Of a stretch of 64,000 bases of DNA, positions 1-13,000 are shown piece by piece (within the stretch, counting starts at the first letter, position 1; each line of letters begins with the position of its first letter). The notes below the pieces were generated by a model that was not told the origin of the DNA, did no database searches, and saw only the letters and a list, made by a program, of their open reading frames with translations. Both the position numbers and the translations under genes were made by a program. Source of the stretch: Mobula hypostoma (taxonomy: Eukaryota); the NCBI RefSeq assembly GCF_963921235.1, contig NC_086097.1, forward strand, positions 136,898,001-136,962,000. Direction: 5' to 3'.

Positions 1-1154
1 TGACCATCAATAGACAATAGACAATAGGTGCAGGAGTAGGCCATTTGGCCCTTCGAGCCAGTACCGCCATTCACTGTGATCATGGCTGTTCATCCACAGT
101 CAGTATCCAGTTCCTGCCTTATCCCCATAACCTTTGATTCCGCTGTCTTTAAGAGCCCTATCCATCTCTTTCTTGAAAGCATCCAGAGACTTGGCCTCCA
201 CAGCCTTCTGGGGCAGAGCATTCCATATATCCACCACTCTCTGGGTGAAAAAGTTTTTCCTCAACTCCGTTCTAAATGGCCTACCCCTTATTCTTAAACT
301 GTGGCCTCTGGTTCTGGACTCACCCATCAGCGGGAACATGATTCCTGCCTCCAGCGTGTCCAATCCCTTAATATCTTATATGTTTCAATAGGATCCCCTC
401 TCAGCCTTCTAAATCCCAGAGTATACAAGTCCAGTCACTCCAATCTTTCGACATATGACAGTCCCACCATCCCGAGAATTAACCTTGTGAATCTACGCTG
501 CACTCCCTCAATAGCAAGAATGTCCTTCCTCAAATTTGGAGACCAAAACTGCACACAGTACTCCAGGTGTGGTCTCACCAGGGCCCTGTACAGCTGCAGA
601 AGGACCTCTTTGCTCTTATATTCAATTCCCCTTGTTATGAAGGCCAGCATGCCATTAGCTTTCTTCACTGCCTGTTGTACTTGCATGCTTGCTTTCAGTG
701 ACTGATGTACAAGAACACCTAGATCTCATTGTGCTTCCCCTTTTCCTATCTTGACTCCATTTAGATAATAATCTGCCTTCCCATTCTTACCACCAAAGTG
801 GACAACCTCACATTTATCCACATTAAACTGCATCTGCCCACTCACCCAGCCTGTCCAAGTCACCCTGTATTCTCATAACATCCTCCTCACATTTCACACT
901 GCCACCCAGCTTTGTGTCATCGGCAAATTTGCTAATGTTACTTTTAATTCCCTCATCTAAATCATTAATATATATTGTAAACAGCTGCGGTCCCAGCACT
1001 GAACCCTGCAGTACCCCACTGGTCACCGCCTGCCATTCCGAAAGGGACGCGTTAATCGCTACTCTTTGTTTTCTGTCAGCCAGCCAATTTTCAATCCATG
1101 TCAGTACTCTGCCCCCAATACCATGTGCCCTAATTTTGCCCACTAATCTCCTAT

Positions 1155-3365
1155 GTGGGACTTTATCAAAGGAGTGACCATAATATGGTGGAATTCTTCA
1201 TTAACATGGAGAGTGACGTAGTTAATTCAGAAACAAAGGTTCTGAACTTAAAGAGGGGTAACTTTGAAGGTATGAGACATGAATTAGCTAAGCTAGACTG
1301 GCAAATGACACTTCAAGGATTGACGGTGGATATGCAATGGCAGGCATTTAAAGGTTGCATGGATGAACTACAACAATTGTTCATCCCAGTTTGGCAAAAG
1401 AATAAATCAAGGAAGGTAGTGCACCCGTGGCTGACAAGAGAAATTAGGGATAGTATCAATTCCAAAGAAGTAGCATACAAATTAGCCAGAGAAAGTGGCT
1501 CACCTGAGGACTGGGAGAAATTCAGAGTTCAGCAGAGGAGGACAAAGGGCTTAATTAGGAAGGGGAAAAAAGATTATGAGAGAAAACTGGCAGAGAACAT
1601 AAAAACGGACTGTAAAAGCTTTTATAGATATGTAAAAAGGAAAAGACTGATAAAGACAAATGTAGGTCCCCTGCAAACAGAAACAGGTGAATTGATTATG
1701 GGGAGCAAGGACATGGCAGACCAATTGAATAATTACTTTGGTTCTGTCTTCACTAAGGAGGACATAAATAATCTTCCAGAAATAGTAAGGGACAGAGGGT
1801 CCAGTGAGATGGAGGAACTGAGCGAAATACATGTTAGTAGGGAAGTGGTGTTAGGTAAATTGAAGGGATTGAAGGCAGATAAATCCCCAGGGCCAGATGG
1901 TCTGCATCCCAGAGTGCTTAAGGAAGTGGCCCAAGAAATAGTGGATGCATTAGTGATAATTTTTCAAAACTCGTTAGATTCTGGACTAGTTCCTGAGGAT
2001 TGGAGGGTGGCTAATGTAACCCCACTTTTTAAAAAAGGAGGGAGAGAGAAACCGGGGAATTATAGGCCGGTTAGCCTAACGTCGGTGGTGGGGAAACTGC
2101 TGGAGTCAGTTATCAAGGATGTGATAACAGCACATTTGGAAAGCGGTGAAATGATCGGACAAAGTCAGCATGGATTTGTGAAAGGAAAATCATGTCTGAC
2201 GAATCTCATAGAATTTTTTGAGGATGTAACTAGTAGAGTGGATAGGGGAGAACCAGTGGATGTGGTATATTTGGATTTTCAAAAGGCTTTTGACAAGGTC
2301 CCACATAGGAGATTAGTGTGCAAACTTAAAGCACACGGTATTGGGGGTAAGGTATTGGTGTGGGTGGAGAATTGGTTAGCAGACAGGAAGCAAAGAGTGG
2401 GAATAAACGGGACCTTTTCAGAATGGCAGGCGGTGACTAGTGGGGTACCGCAAGGCTCAGTGCTGGGACCCCAGTTGTTTACAATATATATTAATGACTT
2501 GGATGAGGGAATTAAATGCAGCATCTCCAAGTTTGCGGATGACACGAAGCTGGGTGGCAGTGTTAGCAGTGAGGAGGATGCTAAGAGGATGCAGGGTGAC
2601 TTGGATAGGTTGGGTGAGTGGGCAAACTCATGGCAGATGCAATTTAATGTGGATAAATGTGAAGTTATCCACTTTGGTGGCAAAAATAGGAAAACAGATT
2701 ATTATCTGAATGGTGGCCGATTAGGAAAAGGGGAGGTGCAACGAGACCTGGGTGTCATTATACACCAGTCATTGAAAGTGGGCATGCAGGTACAGCAGGC
2801 GGTGAAAAAGGCGAACGGTATGCTGGCATTTATAGCGAGAGGATTCGAGTACAGGAGCAGGGAGGTACTACTGCAGTTGTACAAGGCCTTGGTGAGACCA
2901 CACCTGGAGTATTGTGTGCAGTTTTGGTCCCCTAATCTGAGGAAAGACATCTTTGCCATAGAGGGAGTACAAAGAAGGTTCACCAGATTGATTCCTGGGA
3001 TGGCAGGTCTTTCATATGAAGAAAGACTGGATGAACTGGGCTTGTACTCGTTGGAATTTAGAAGATTGAGGGGGGATCTGATTGAAACGTATAAGATCCT
3101 AAAGGGATTGGACAGGCTAGATGCAGGAAGATTGTTCCCGATGTTGGGGAGGTCTAGAACGAGGGGTCACAGTTTGAGGATAGAGGGGAAGCCTTTTAGG
3201 ACCGAGGTTAGGAAAAACTTCTTCACACAGAGAGTGGTGAATCTGTGGAATTCTCTGCCACAGCAAACTGTTGAGGCCAGTTCATTAGCTATGTTTAAAA
3301 GGAAGTTAGATATGGCCCTTGTGGCTACAGGGGTCAGGGGGTATGGAGGGAAGGCTGGGTTCTGA
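1155..3365 (+). CDS. CR1 ORF2 (end of the endonuclease region plus reverse transcriptase), N-terminally truncated
   Basis: 736-aa ORF with [36 protein letters not shown] and FADD motifs. The first few codons belong to the host element. Confidence 0.85.
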   Translation: MGLYQRSDHNMVEFFINMESDVVNSETKVLNLKRGNFEGMRHELAKLDWQMTLQGLTVDMQWQAFKGCMDELQQLFIPVWQKNKSRKVVHPWLTREIRDSINSKEVAYKLARESGSPEDWEKFRVQQRRTKGLIRKGKKDYERKLAENIKTDCKSFYRYVKRKRLIKTNVGPLQTETGELIMGSKDMADQLNNYFGSVFTKEDINNLPEIVRDRGSSEMEELSEIHVSREVVLGKLKGLKADKSPGPDGLHPRVLKEVAQEIVDALVIIFQNSLDSGLVPEDWRVANVTPLFKKGGREKPGNYRPVSLTSVVGKLLESVIKDVITAHLESGEMIGQSQHGFVKGKSCLTNLIEFFEDVTSRVDRGEPVDVVYLDFQKAFDKVPHRRLVCKLKAHGIGGKVLVWVENWLADRKQRVGINGTFSEWQAVTSGVPQGSVLGPQLFTIYINDLDEGIKCSISKFADDTKLGGSVSSEEDAKRMQGDLDRLGEWANSWQMQFNVDKCEVIHFGGKNRKTDYYLNGGRLGKGEVQRDLGVIIHQSLKVGMQVQQAVKKANGMLAFIARGFEYRSREVLLQLYKALVRPHLEYCVQFWSPNLRKDIFAIEGVQRRFTRLIPGMAGLSYEERLDELGLYSLEFRRLRGDLIETYKILKGLDRLDAGRLFPMLGRSRTRGHSLRIEGKPFRTEVRKNFFTQRVVNLWNSLPQQTVEASSLAMFKRKLDMALVATGVRGYGGKAGF

Positions 3366-3469
3366 GTTGGATGATCAGCCATGATCATAATAAATGGCGG
3401 TGCAGGCTCGAAGGGCCGAATGGCCTACTCCTGCACCTATTTTCTATGTTTCTATGTTTCTATGTTTCT
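1173..3469 (+). mobile_element. CR1 LINE, 5'-truncated, young; (TTTCTATG)n tail
   Basis: Uninterrupted ORF2 frame to 3365, then the 3' UTR and tail repeats at 3441-3469. Confidence 0.95.
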
Positions 3470-4574
3470 GAAAGTCCAGGTATACTACATCCACTGGCTC
3501 TCCCTTGTCCATTTTCATAGTTACATCCTCAAAAAATTCCAGAAGATTAGTCAAGCACGATTTCCCCTTTGTAAATCCATGCTGACTCAGACCAATCCTG
3601 TTACTGCTATCCAGATGTGTCGTAATTTCATCTTTTATAATTGACTCCAGCATCTTTCTCACCACCACCGTCAGGCTAACCGGTCTATAATTCCCTGTTT
3701 TCTCTCTTCCTCCCTTCTTGAAGAGAGGGACAACATTAGCCACCCTCCAATCCACAGGAACTAATCCTGAATCTATAGAACATTGGAAAATGATTACCAA
3801 TGTGTCCACGATTTTCTAAAGCCACCTCCGTAAGTATCCTAGGATGCAGACCATCTGGTCCCGGGGACTTATCAGCCTTCAGACCCAACAGCCTATCCAA
3901 CACCATTTCCTGCCTAATATAAATTTCCTTCAATTCATCCATTACCCTAGGTCCTTTGGCCACTATTACATCTGGGAGATTGTTTGTGTCTTCCCTAGTG
4001 AAGACAGATCCAAAGTACCTGTTCAACTCGTCTACCATTTCCTTGTTCCCCATAATAAATTCACCTGTTTCTGTCTTCAAGGGCCAAATTTTGGCCTTAA
4101 CTATTTTTTTTTCTTTTCACATACCTAAAGAAGCTTTTACTATCCTCCTGTATATTCTTGGCTAGTTTACCTTCGTACCTCATTTTTTCTCCGCGTATTG
4201 CCTTTTTAGTTACGTTCTGTTGCTCTTTAAGAGCCTCCCAATCCTCCGGCTTCCCACTGGTCTTTGCTATCATGCACCAAAGCGTAAGATGTCCCTGTTA
4301 TTTGACACAAAGCAAGTATTAATTCCATTTAGATACCATAGTTGTTTTGAAGAAAATCACAAGTGGTGCAGATGGTGGAAGAGGGGTGAATCAATAAAGA
4401 CATCTTGAGAATTTTGATTTGAACTTTTGCAAGAATCTCGAAGCTGTTGTCAGTTTCACAGCAAAAACTGATGGATTTGTTGTCATTACTAGCATAAAAT
4501 GCAGGCTATTGTTGTGTTCCTTTGTGTTGAAATGTGTTAATCATTAGCTGAGTGCTATAAGTTGTTAACAGATG

Positions 4575-4735
4575 TCTTATACTTTATACTTTATTGTCGC
4601 CAAACAGTTGATACTAGAACGTACAACCATCACAGCGATATTTGATTCTGCGCTTCCCGCTCCCTGGAGTACAAATCAATAGTAAATATTAATAATTTAA
4701 ATTATAAATCATAAATAGAAAATGGAAAGCAAGGT
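4575..4735 (-). mobile_element. Short 3'-end fragment of a non-LTR element
   Basis: Ends on the minus strand with AATAAAGTATAAAGTATAA, a Rex1-like tail. Confidence 0.4.
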
Positions 4736-4934
4736 TAATTAAGATTTACACTAACAAGATGGGCTGTCTCATTCTCCTTTTGCTGAGATTTGCAGCATAT
4801 TAATAAATATTTATTGTTCAGACAATGCATTGCAAAAAATGGAGAAGTTTGTTACCTGGCCAAAGATTACAAAGCTGAAGCTGGTGATTGACTTTGTCAA
4901 ACATCAATCATTGATGCCTTTCATTCATCATAGG

Positions 4935-7900
4935 CAGCCGGTGCAGAGTACTTGTGGCTATCCCCTCAATAACAAGTATACTGTTTGGGATACTGTTGGG
5001 GGCGGGGGTGGGGGTGCAGGCACAGTGATCGGATCTTGGCGGTGAGCTTGTAGCTGTGGTTCAGAACATAAGGGAGCAGAGGAGGAATGCAGTGGTAATA
5101 GGATATTCCATAGTTAGGGGAGTAGATAGGAGAGTCTATGGACGTGATAGAGAAAGCCAGATGGTATGTTGCCTCCCAGGTGCCAAGATCAGGGACATCT
5201 CGGATCGTAACTACAATGTTCTAAGGTGGGAGTGGGGGAGTTAGCAGCCAGATATCTTGGTGCATATTGGTACCAATGACATAGGTAGGAAAAGAGAGGA
5301 AGTCCTAAAGAGAGAATTTAAAGAGCTAGGTAGAAAGCTGAAAGGACCTTCAGGGTAACCATCTGTATTACTGCCGGTGCCATGTGCCAGTGAGGGCAAG
5401 AGCAGGATGATTTGGCAGAGGAATGGAGGGCTGAGGAACTGGTGCAGTGGGCAGGGTTTCAGATCATTGGGATCTCTTCTGGGAAAGGTATGACCTGTAC
5501 AAAAGGGATGGGCTACACCTGCACCAGAAGGGGACCAATGTCCTGGCAGGCAGGTTTGTTAGAGCTGTTGGAGAGCTTATAAACTAATCTGGCAGGGGAT
5601 GGGAACTGGTATGATAGGCCTGTGGATTGGGATGTTGATTTACAAGCAGAGGTAGTACATAGTGAGACTGTCAGGAAGGACAGTCAGTGGGATGAGTTGC
5701 AGTGTAAAAGGGGGACAAATACAGTCCTGAATGTGTTATATTTGAGATCACATGGTATATGAAATAAGGTACATGATCTTGTTGTGCAGTTAGAGACTGG
5801 CAGATACGACATCGTGGGTATCACAGAGTCATGGCTGAAGGATAATTGTAGTTGGGAGTTTAATATGCAGAGGAAGGGGACTCTACCATGGATGATGACA
5901 GAGCAGCAATAGCTGGAGTTTCTGGGAGCAATTCAGAAATGCGGGATAGATACATCTCAAAGATGAGGAATTATTCTAAAGCAGGATTAAGCAGCTGTGG
6001 CTGACAAGGGAAATCAAGGCCAACATAAAAGCAAAAGAGGTGGCAGGTAATAGAGTAGAAATTAGTGGTAAGTTAGAGAATTGGGAAATTTTAAAAAACC
6101 AACAGAAGGCAACTAAAAAAACCATAGGTGGGGGTTGAAATATGAAAGCAATATAAAATGTGGGAGATGTAATATTAAAGTATGCTAGCCAATAATATTT
6201 TTAAAAAATCAGATATATAAAGATTAAAAGAGAGGTGATAGTAGATATTGGACCACTGGAAAATGACACTGAATAGATAGTAACTTGGGACAAGGAAATG
6301 GCGGGCGAACTGAAGAAGAATTTTGCATCAGTGTTCACTGTGGACAACATTAATAGTATGCCGAAGGTTCAGGGGTGTCAGGGGACAGGAGTGTGTGCAG
6401 TTGCTATTACTAGGGAGAGGGTGCTTGGGAATCTGAAAGGTCTAAAGATAGATAGTCAGTCGAACCTGATGGATTACAGCCTAGTGTTTCAAAAGGGATA
6501 GCTGAAGAGATTGCGGAGGCATCAGTAATGATCCTTCAAGAATGGAGGCAGACAGACTAAAGGAAATTATAGGCCAGTTAGCCTGACCTCAGTGGTTGGA
6601 AAGACATTGCAGTTGATTGTTAAGGATGTGGTGTTGGGGTATTTGGATACACATAACAAAATAGACTAAAGTCAGCACGGTTTCCTTAAGGGAAAATCTT
6701 GCCAGGCAAACCTGTTGGAATTTTTTTGAAGAAATAACAAGGAATAGAGAATCGGTGTTTGTTGTGTACTTGGATTTTCAGAAAGCTTTTGACAAGGTGC
6801 CACACATGAGGCTGCTTAACAAGTTAAGGGCCCAGGTTATTACAGGAAAGATACTAGCAGGGATAGGGCATTGACTGATTGGCAGGAGGCAAAGTGTGGG
6901 AATAAAGGGAGCTTTTTCAGATTGTTTGCCAGTGACTAGTGGTGTTCCAAAGGGATATATGTTAGGACTGTTTCTTTATACATTGTATATCAATGATTTG
7001 GATGATGAAATCAATGGCTTTGTGGCCAAGTTTGTGGATGATACAAAGATAGGGGAGGGGCAGGTAGTGCTAAGGAAACAGAGAGGCTGCAGAAGGACTG
7101 AGACATAGTCATAGTCATACTTTATTGATCCCAGGGGGAAATTGGTTTTCGTTACAGTTGCACCATAAATAATAAATAGTAATAGAACCATAAATAGTTA
7201 AATAGTAATATGTAAATAATGCCAGGAAATAAGTCCAGGACCAGCCTATCGGCACAGGGTGTCTGACCCTCCAAGGGAAGAGTTGTAAAGTTTGATGGCC
7301 ACAGGCAGGAATGACTTCCTATGACGCTCAGAGTTGCATCTCGGTGGAATGAGTCTCTGGCTGAATGTACTCCTGTGCCCAACCAGTACATTATGTAGTG
7401 GATGGGAGACATTGTCCAAGATGGCATGCAACTTAGACAGCATCCTCTTTTCAGACACCGCTATGAGAGAGTCCAGTTCCATCCCCACAACATCACTTGC
7501 CTTTTGAATAAGTTTCTTGATTCTGTTGGTGTCTGCCACCCTCAGCTTGCTGCCCCAGCACACAACAGCAAACATGATAGCACTGGCCACCACAGACTCG
7601 TAGAACATCCTCAGCATCATCCGGCAGATGTTAAAGGACCTCAGTCTCCTCAGGAAATAGAGACGGCTCTGACCCTTCTTGTAGACAGCCTCAGTGTTCT
7701 TTGACCAGTCCAGTTTATTGTCAATACATATCCCCAGGTGTTTGTAATCCTCCACCATGTCCACACTGACCCCCTGGATGAAAACAGGGGTCACCGGTAC
7801 CTTAGCTCTCCTCAGGTCTACCACCAGCTCCTTAGTCTTTTTCACATTAAGCTGCAGATAATTCTGCTCACACTATGTGACAAAGTTTCCTACCGTAGAC

Positions 7901-9885
7901 CTGTGCTCGACCTCATCTCCCTTGCTGATACATCCGAAAACTTCTGAAGATGACAAGACTCTGTGCAGTAGTTGAAGTCCGAGGTGTAAATGGTGAAGAG
8001 AAAGGGACACAAGACAGTCCCCTGTGGAGCCCCAGTGCTGCTGATCGCTCTGTCGGACACACAGTGTTGCAAGCACACGTACTGTGGTCTGCCAGTCAGG
8101 TAATCAAGAATCCATGATACCAGGGAAGCATCCATCTGCATCGCTGTCAGCTTCTCCCCCAGCAGAGCAGGGCGGATGGTGTTGAACGCACTGGAGAAGT
8201 CAAAAAACATGACCCTCACAGTGCTCGCTGGCTTGTCCAGGTGGGTGTAGACACGGTTCAGTTAGACGATGGCATCCTCAAATCCTAGTCAGGGCTGGTA
8301 GGCGAACTGGAGGGGATCTAAGTGTGGCTTGACCATAGGCCGGAGCAGCTCCAGAACAAGTCTTTCCAGGGTCTTCATGATGTGGGAGGTTAATGCCACC
8401 GGTCTGTAGTCATTAAGGCCGCTGGGGCGCGGCGTCTTCGGCACAGGGACGAGACAGGACGTTTTCCACAGTACAGGAACGCTCCGGAGCCTCAGACTCA
8501 GGTTGAATACATGGTGAAGTACTCCACATAGCTGAGGGGCACAGGCTTTGAGCACCCTGGTACTGACACCATCCGGTCCTGCAGCCTTGCTTGGGTTGAG
8601 ACGTTTCAGCTGTCTTCTCACCTGTTCAGCCATGAAGCTCACTGTGGTGGTTTTGTGTGGGGGAGGGGTATAGTCATGAGAGCAGGGTGGGGGACTGTGG
8701 GGAGGGTTAGGAGGGGAGAGTGGAACATGTGTTGTTTGGGGGCCGACAACAGATGGCTCATGTGGGGGATGGGCAGGGGCCACAATGTCAAATCTGTTAA
8801 AGACAGGTTAAGTTCGTTGGCCCCGTCCACACTGCCCTCAGCTCCTCTGTTGCTAGTTTGCCGGAACCCAGTGATGGTCCTCATCCCCCTCCAGACCTCT
8901 CTCATGTTGTTCCGCTGGAGTTTCCACTCAAGCTTCCTCCTGTACCTGTCTTTAGCCTCCCTGATCCTGGCTTTCAGGTCCCTCTGTGTTGCCCTCAGCT
9001 TCTCCCTATTTCCATCTCTAAATGCCCTCTTTTTAGCGTTCAGGATGTCCTTAATGTCCTTTGTCACCCATGGCTTGTTATTTGAATAACAAAGGACAGT
9101 TCTTGTCGGAACATTGCAGTCCACACCGAAGTTGATGTAATCCGTGATGCACTCTGTGAGCCCATCAATATCCTCTCCATGTGGCTCACAGAGTGCCTGC
9201 CAGTCTGTCACCTCAAAGCAACCCTGGAGCGCCACATAAGCCTCCTCCGACCATTTCCTCACTGTCCTCGAGGTTGCAGGTTTACTCTTCACCAGAGGCA
9301 CGTAGCAGGGTTTTAGATGCACCAGGTTGTGATCTGACCTTCCCAGTGGGGGGAGGGGAGAGGAGCTGTATGCATCCTTAACGTTAGCGTACATCAATTA
9401 GGAGAATGGGCAAAGAGGTGGCAGATGGAATACAGTGTTGGCAAGTGTATGGTCATGCACTTTGGTAGGAGGAATAAAAGCATAGACTAATTTCTAAAAG
9501 AGGAGTAAATTTTTAAAAATCTTGGTACAAAGAGATTTGAGAGTCCTTGTGGAAGATTGCCTAAGTATTAACTTGCAGGTTGATTCAGTGGTGAGGAAGT
9601 TGAATGTAATGTTAACATTAATTTCAAGACGACTAGATATATAAAAGCAGGGGTGTAACGCTGAGTCTGTATAAGGCACTCATGAGACCTCACGGAGTAC
9701 TGTGAGCAATTTTGGGCCCTTTATTTAAGAATGTTGGAGAGAATTCAGAGGAGGTTCACAAGAATGATAGGATTAGCATATGAGGAGCGATTGAAGGCTG
9801 TGGGCCTGTACTCGCTGGAATTTAGAAGAACAAGGGGGGATCTTACTGAAACCTATTGAATGTTGAAAGACCTTAATAGAGTGGT
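4935..9885 (+). mobile_element. Degenerate CR1 LINE (ORF1 esterase remnant plus ORF2), split by a Rex1 at 7104-9396
   Basis: VVIGYSIVRG/VCCLPGA SGNH-like remnants; RT remnants (GVPKGYMLG, KFVDDTKIG); host resumes at 9397 (attaggagaatgggc). Confidence 0.85.
7104..9396 (-). mobile_element. Rex1/Babar LINE, 5'-truncated and frameshifted
   Basis: ORFs with [54 protein letters not shown] and KTKELVVD; 3' end AATAAAG(TATGAC)n. Confidence 0.92.
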
Positions 9886-10412
9886 GGCAGAAGTTCCCGT
9901 GTTGAGAGTTCCTGTTCTCCTCAGTTCTCGGTTTGTAAAGATTTTATCCATGACAGAGCACAAGAGGGACTTCAGTTTAATTTTCCTTTCCCTTCACCTA
10001 ACTCCTGGTCAAAGAGTACACAAAAGACTGAAGATTGTATTTAAGACAATGTATCTGGCTTTAAAATCCATAATTGGAACTAAAATCCCCTATAAAGTAA
10101 TCCACAATATGCTTGTCCAGGATTCAAAATAGTACTCTAGCTTTGCAAATCGGGTTGGACTGAATCCATCCAGGAGAAATGAATGTGACCTTGGGTAAGC
10201 TAACTGAGTGTGTCAGTGCACTCAAAGTGAGCTTGTGCTTTTTAAATTAGTTAAAATAATGAGCTTAAATGGTGGATATACGTACTGGTATCATGACAGT
10301 CATTTTGGATTTTTCGAAAACTGTCATGTCTCCATTAAATTGAAACAGATGTCGTTTTAGTGTTGGATAAAATTTCACTTTCTGATTTCTGTTTTTTTTT
10401 CCTTCTTTCCAG

Positions 10413-10437
10413 ACCTGATGACTACCGAATGAAGTGA
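10413..10437 (+). CDS. mrpl13: Mitochondrial ribosomal protein L13, last coding exon (PDDYRMK*)
   Basis: Strong acceptor tttttttttccttctttccag|A CCT GAT GAC TAC CGA ATG AAG TGA. Resembles the recalled MRPL13 C-terminus (..TPPEDYRL). Convergent with col14a1 as in other vertebrates. ATTAAA at 10506 and AATAAA at 10892 are candidate polyA signals. Confidence 0.75.
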
Positions 10438-11317
10438 ATACATTCCCAAAGGAAGATGGAGATTATCCAAAAGTCTATTTATTCTCCACAATTCTGGTTT
10501 TCAGAATTAAAAGTGGCTTCTTTCCCATACTCCCTGTGACACGAGTCTTAATTTCTAGTAAGCACTCAACAGATATTTGAGTGAAAACTGTAGATTTGAT
10601 TTAATAGCAGAGTGAAACAAACTTGAAGTGGGTGAACAGAGTTCAAAAAAAAGGAGCAAGAGAGGATGGCAAGTTCTTCCTCAGTCAATGGTTGGAGAGG
10701 TAAGGTGGAGAGCGTAGACATTACTCTGAGCCTGAATGATTTAGCATGATCCAAACACACGGTAAGGCTTCCTCACTCTTCTTCTACAAACATATCCTAA
10801 TCCCGTTGTGGTTATAATTTTTCTGTTTGTATAACCTGCAGAAGCTTACACAAGTTGATATGTAGTGAGGTGGCCAGTACCATCTACCAGGAATAAATGG
10901 CTTCTTGTTGAGGATCTGTGACACAGTAGACTCTAGTGCTCATGCTAGTTGACCATCTGCACACACGCTTTCCTTCTCCACCTGAAAAGGCTTTCATTGC
11001 AATTCCCTTGAGATATCCTTCCAGGGTTCTGTGTACACCAGCCTTCCCCACACCTGATATGTCTCAGTGGGATTAACACCATTGATTCTGTCTTTAATAT
11101 GAGCACGTCTACCATTCTCACTGCCCCACGAATCCATCATTGTCCTTCACCTGCCAAATTGTGATGAATTGTCTGACCTGCACCTATACTCACAAGAGGC
11201 TGTGTCCCTGCTAGTTTCCTTGTGAGAGCATCTGAACTAGTGGATGTAAAGTGACTTCAATCACAAAGGACAATGCTGAAGCCCATTGACCTACGAAGTC
11301 CTCTGTGCATTTTGTTT

Positions 11318-11492
11318 CATAGAACACAGAAGAGTACAGCACAGGGATGGGCCCATCAGCCCACAATGTATTGCCAGATGCCCACTTAAATTAAATCTCT
11401 TCTGCCTGCACATGACCCAGATCCCTCCATCCCTGCATATTTATGTACTTGTCTAAAAGCTTCCTAAGTGCTGCTATCATATCTGCTTCCAA
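11318..11492 (-). mobile_element. CR1 3'-end fragment
   Basis: Same 3' UTR and TTCTATG tail as other CR1 copies in the window. Confidence 0.6.
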
Positions 11493-12084
11493 CTGAATTC
11501 CGTCAAAGGAAGGTTTATTTTTAAAAACAATGGAAATATGAACCCGATGCAAGCTTAATGAACAGTCAGGCCTGAAGATATTTGGCTGTCACATGAGTGG
11601 ACAAGTTGGAGAGCTTCAAATTCAAGAATTCCTGGTTAAACAGTTGGGGACCAATTCTGTGGTTAAATCTCTGTATCCAAACCACAGGCAAGCAGACAAG
11701 TGCAGTTTATAAGCCAGCAGGAGGGAGAGAAGTGTAAAGTTTCACTGGTGGTATGTTGTGTAGGTGTTGGATTAATGCTGTCTCAGTCATCACTTTTGAG
11801 CTCCAGGCATCGCCCAGCAGAAGAAGGGGAATAGTCACAAGTCTGGCAGTTTCTGGCATGAGTTTCTCTCAGTGGTTCACCAGGCTGATACCAGTCCCAG
11901 ACAATGCACTAAGCAGCAGTGCCCGGGAAAAAAACCAACTAATGGAGGTTCTTATAATCTGGACAGTTGGGGCTACAGTGTTGCTTCACTGGGCAGACAC
12001 AGTCTTGCTTCGGTGGTGATAGTGATAATTGCAACTTTTCTCCCCTGGGGTAATTGAACTTTTATTGTTTTTTTATTATTAGTG

Positions 12085-12420
12085 TCAGCTATGCCTCTGT
12101 GGGTAGCATACTAGCAAAATAAAGGCTCTATGTTCCAGTCTCACTGCAGGTGGTTGAGCACAGTAAGCCAGATTGACAGCGTGCGGAGCTAAAGAACTGC
12201 TGCATCGACAGACATGCTGCCTTGTGGTAGGACATCTTAACCAAGACAATGTGTGTACCCTCACATCAATAGATCTTGTGGGCACTAGTTTGAAGTGTAC
12301 AGGAGTGTTCTCCTTGATGTTCTAGATGAAATCTATTCCTGAGTAAATGCCATGGATTAACCAGTTGTCCTATCGCATTACTGTTTGTGGGAGATCACGG
12401 GACATGAAGTTAGAAGTTGT
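12085..12420 (+). mobile_element. Old SINE remnant, DeuSINE/SacSINE-like
   Basis: Degenerate similarity to the recalled Deu-domain SINE consensus; not aligned computationally. Confidence 0.35.
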
Positions 12421-12455
12421 ACTTCCTAACTGACATTTCTATAAACCCTTAGTTA

Positions 12456-13000
12456 CAACACACACAAAATGCTGGAGGAGCTCAGCAGGTCAGGCAGCAT
12501 TGATGAAAATTAATAAGCTGTTGACGTTTCAGGTCGAGAACATTCTCCAGGACTGGAAAGGAAGGGGGAAGAGGCGAGAATAAAATGGGGGGAAGGAGAA
12601 AGAGGCCAACTAGAAGGTGATAGGTGAAGCCAGGTGGGTAGGAGAGATAAAGAGCTGGAGAAGAAAGAATTTGATAGGAGAGGAGGGTGGACCATAGGAG
12701 AAAAGGAAGCGGTAAGGGACTCAGGAGGAGGAAATTTTTTTACCGTAAGAAGAAATCAATATTCATGCCATCAGGTTGGAGGCTACCCATGCAGAATACA
12801 AGGTGTTGCTACTCTAAACTTGTGACTCATCTTGGCATAGGAGGAGGTCATGGACCGACGTACAGGAATGGGAATCAGAATTAAAATGTTTGGCCACCGG
12901 GAAGTTCCGCTTTTGGCAGATAGAGTGGAAATACTCGATGAAGTGGTCTCCAATTTACAACAGGTCTCACGATAGAGAAGAGGCTGCTTTGGGAGCCCCA
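12456..13000 (-). mobile_element. Penelope-like element 3' fragment
   Basis: Degenerate GIY-YIG-region reading (LLYRETCCKL, compare LYIGET); hammerhead relic at about 12517-12556; terminus ..CTCCAGCATTTTGTGTGTG shared with other copies. Confidence 0.7.

Larger units (their letters stand above)
8..4272 (-). mobile_element. CR1 LINE, 5'-truncated and frameshifted, split by a nested CR1 at 1173-3469
   Basis: RT fragments ([35 protein letters not shown]); (CTATTGT)n 3' tail at 8-28; reading [11 protein letters not shown] is continuous across the insert. Confidence 0.92.

Noticed and set aside
134..3388. Many 70-135-aa ORFs antisense to CR1 RT
   Set aside because: Shadow frames of CR1 ORF2 that recur with every CR1 copy
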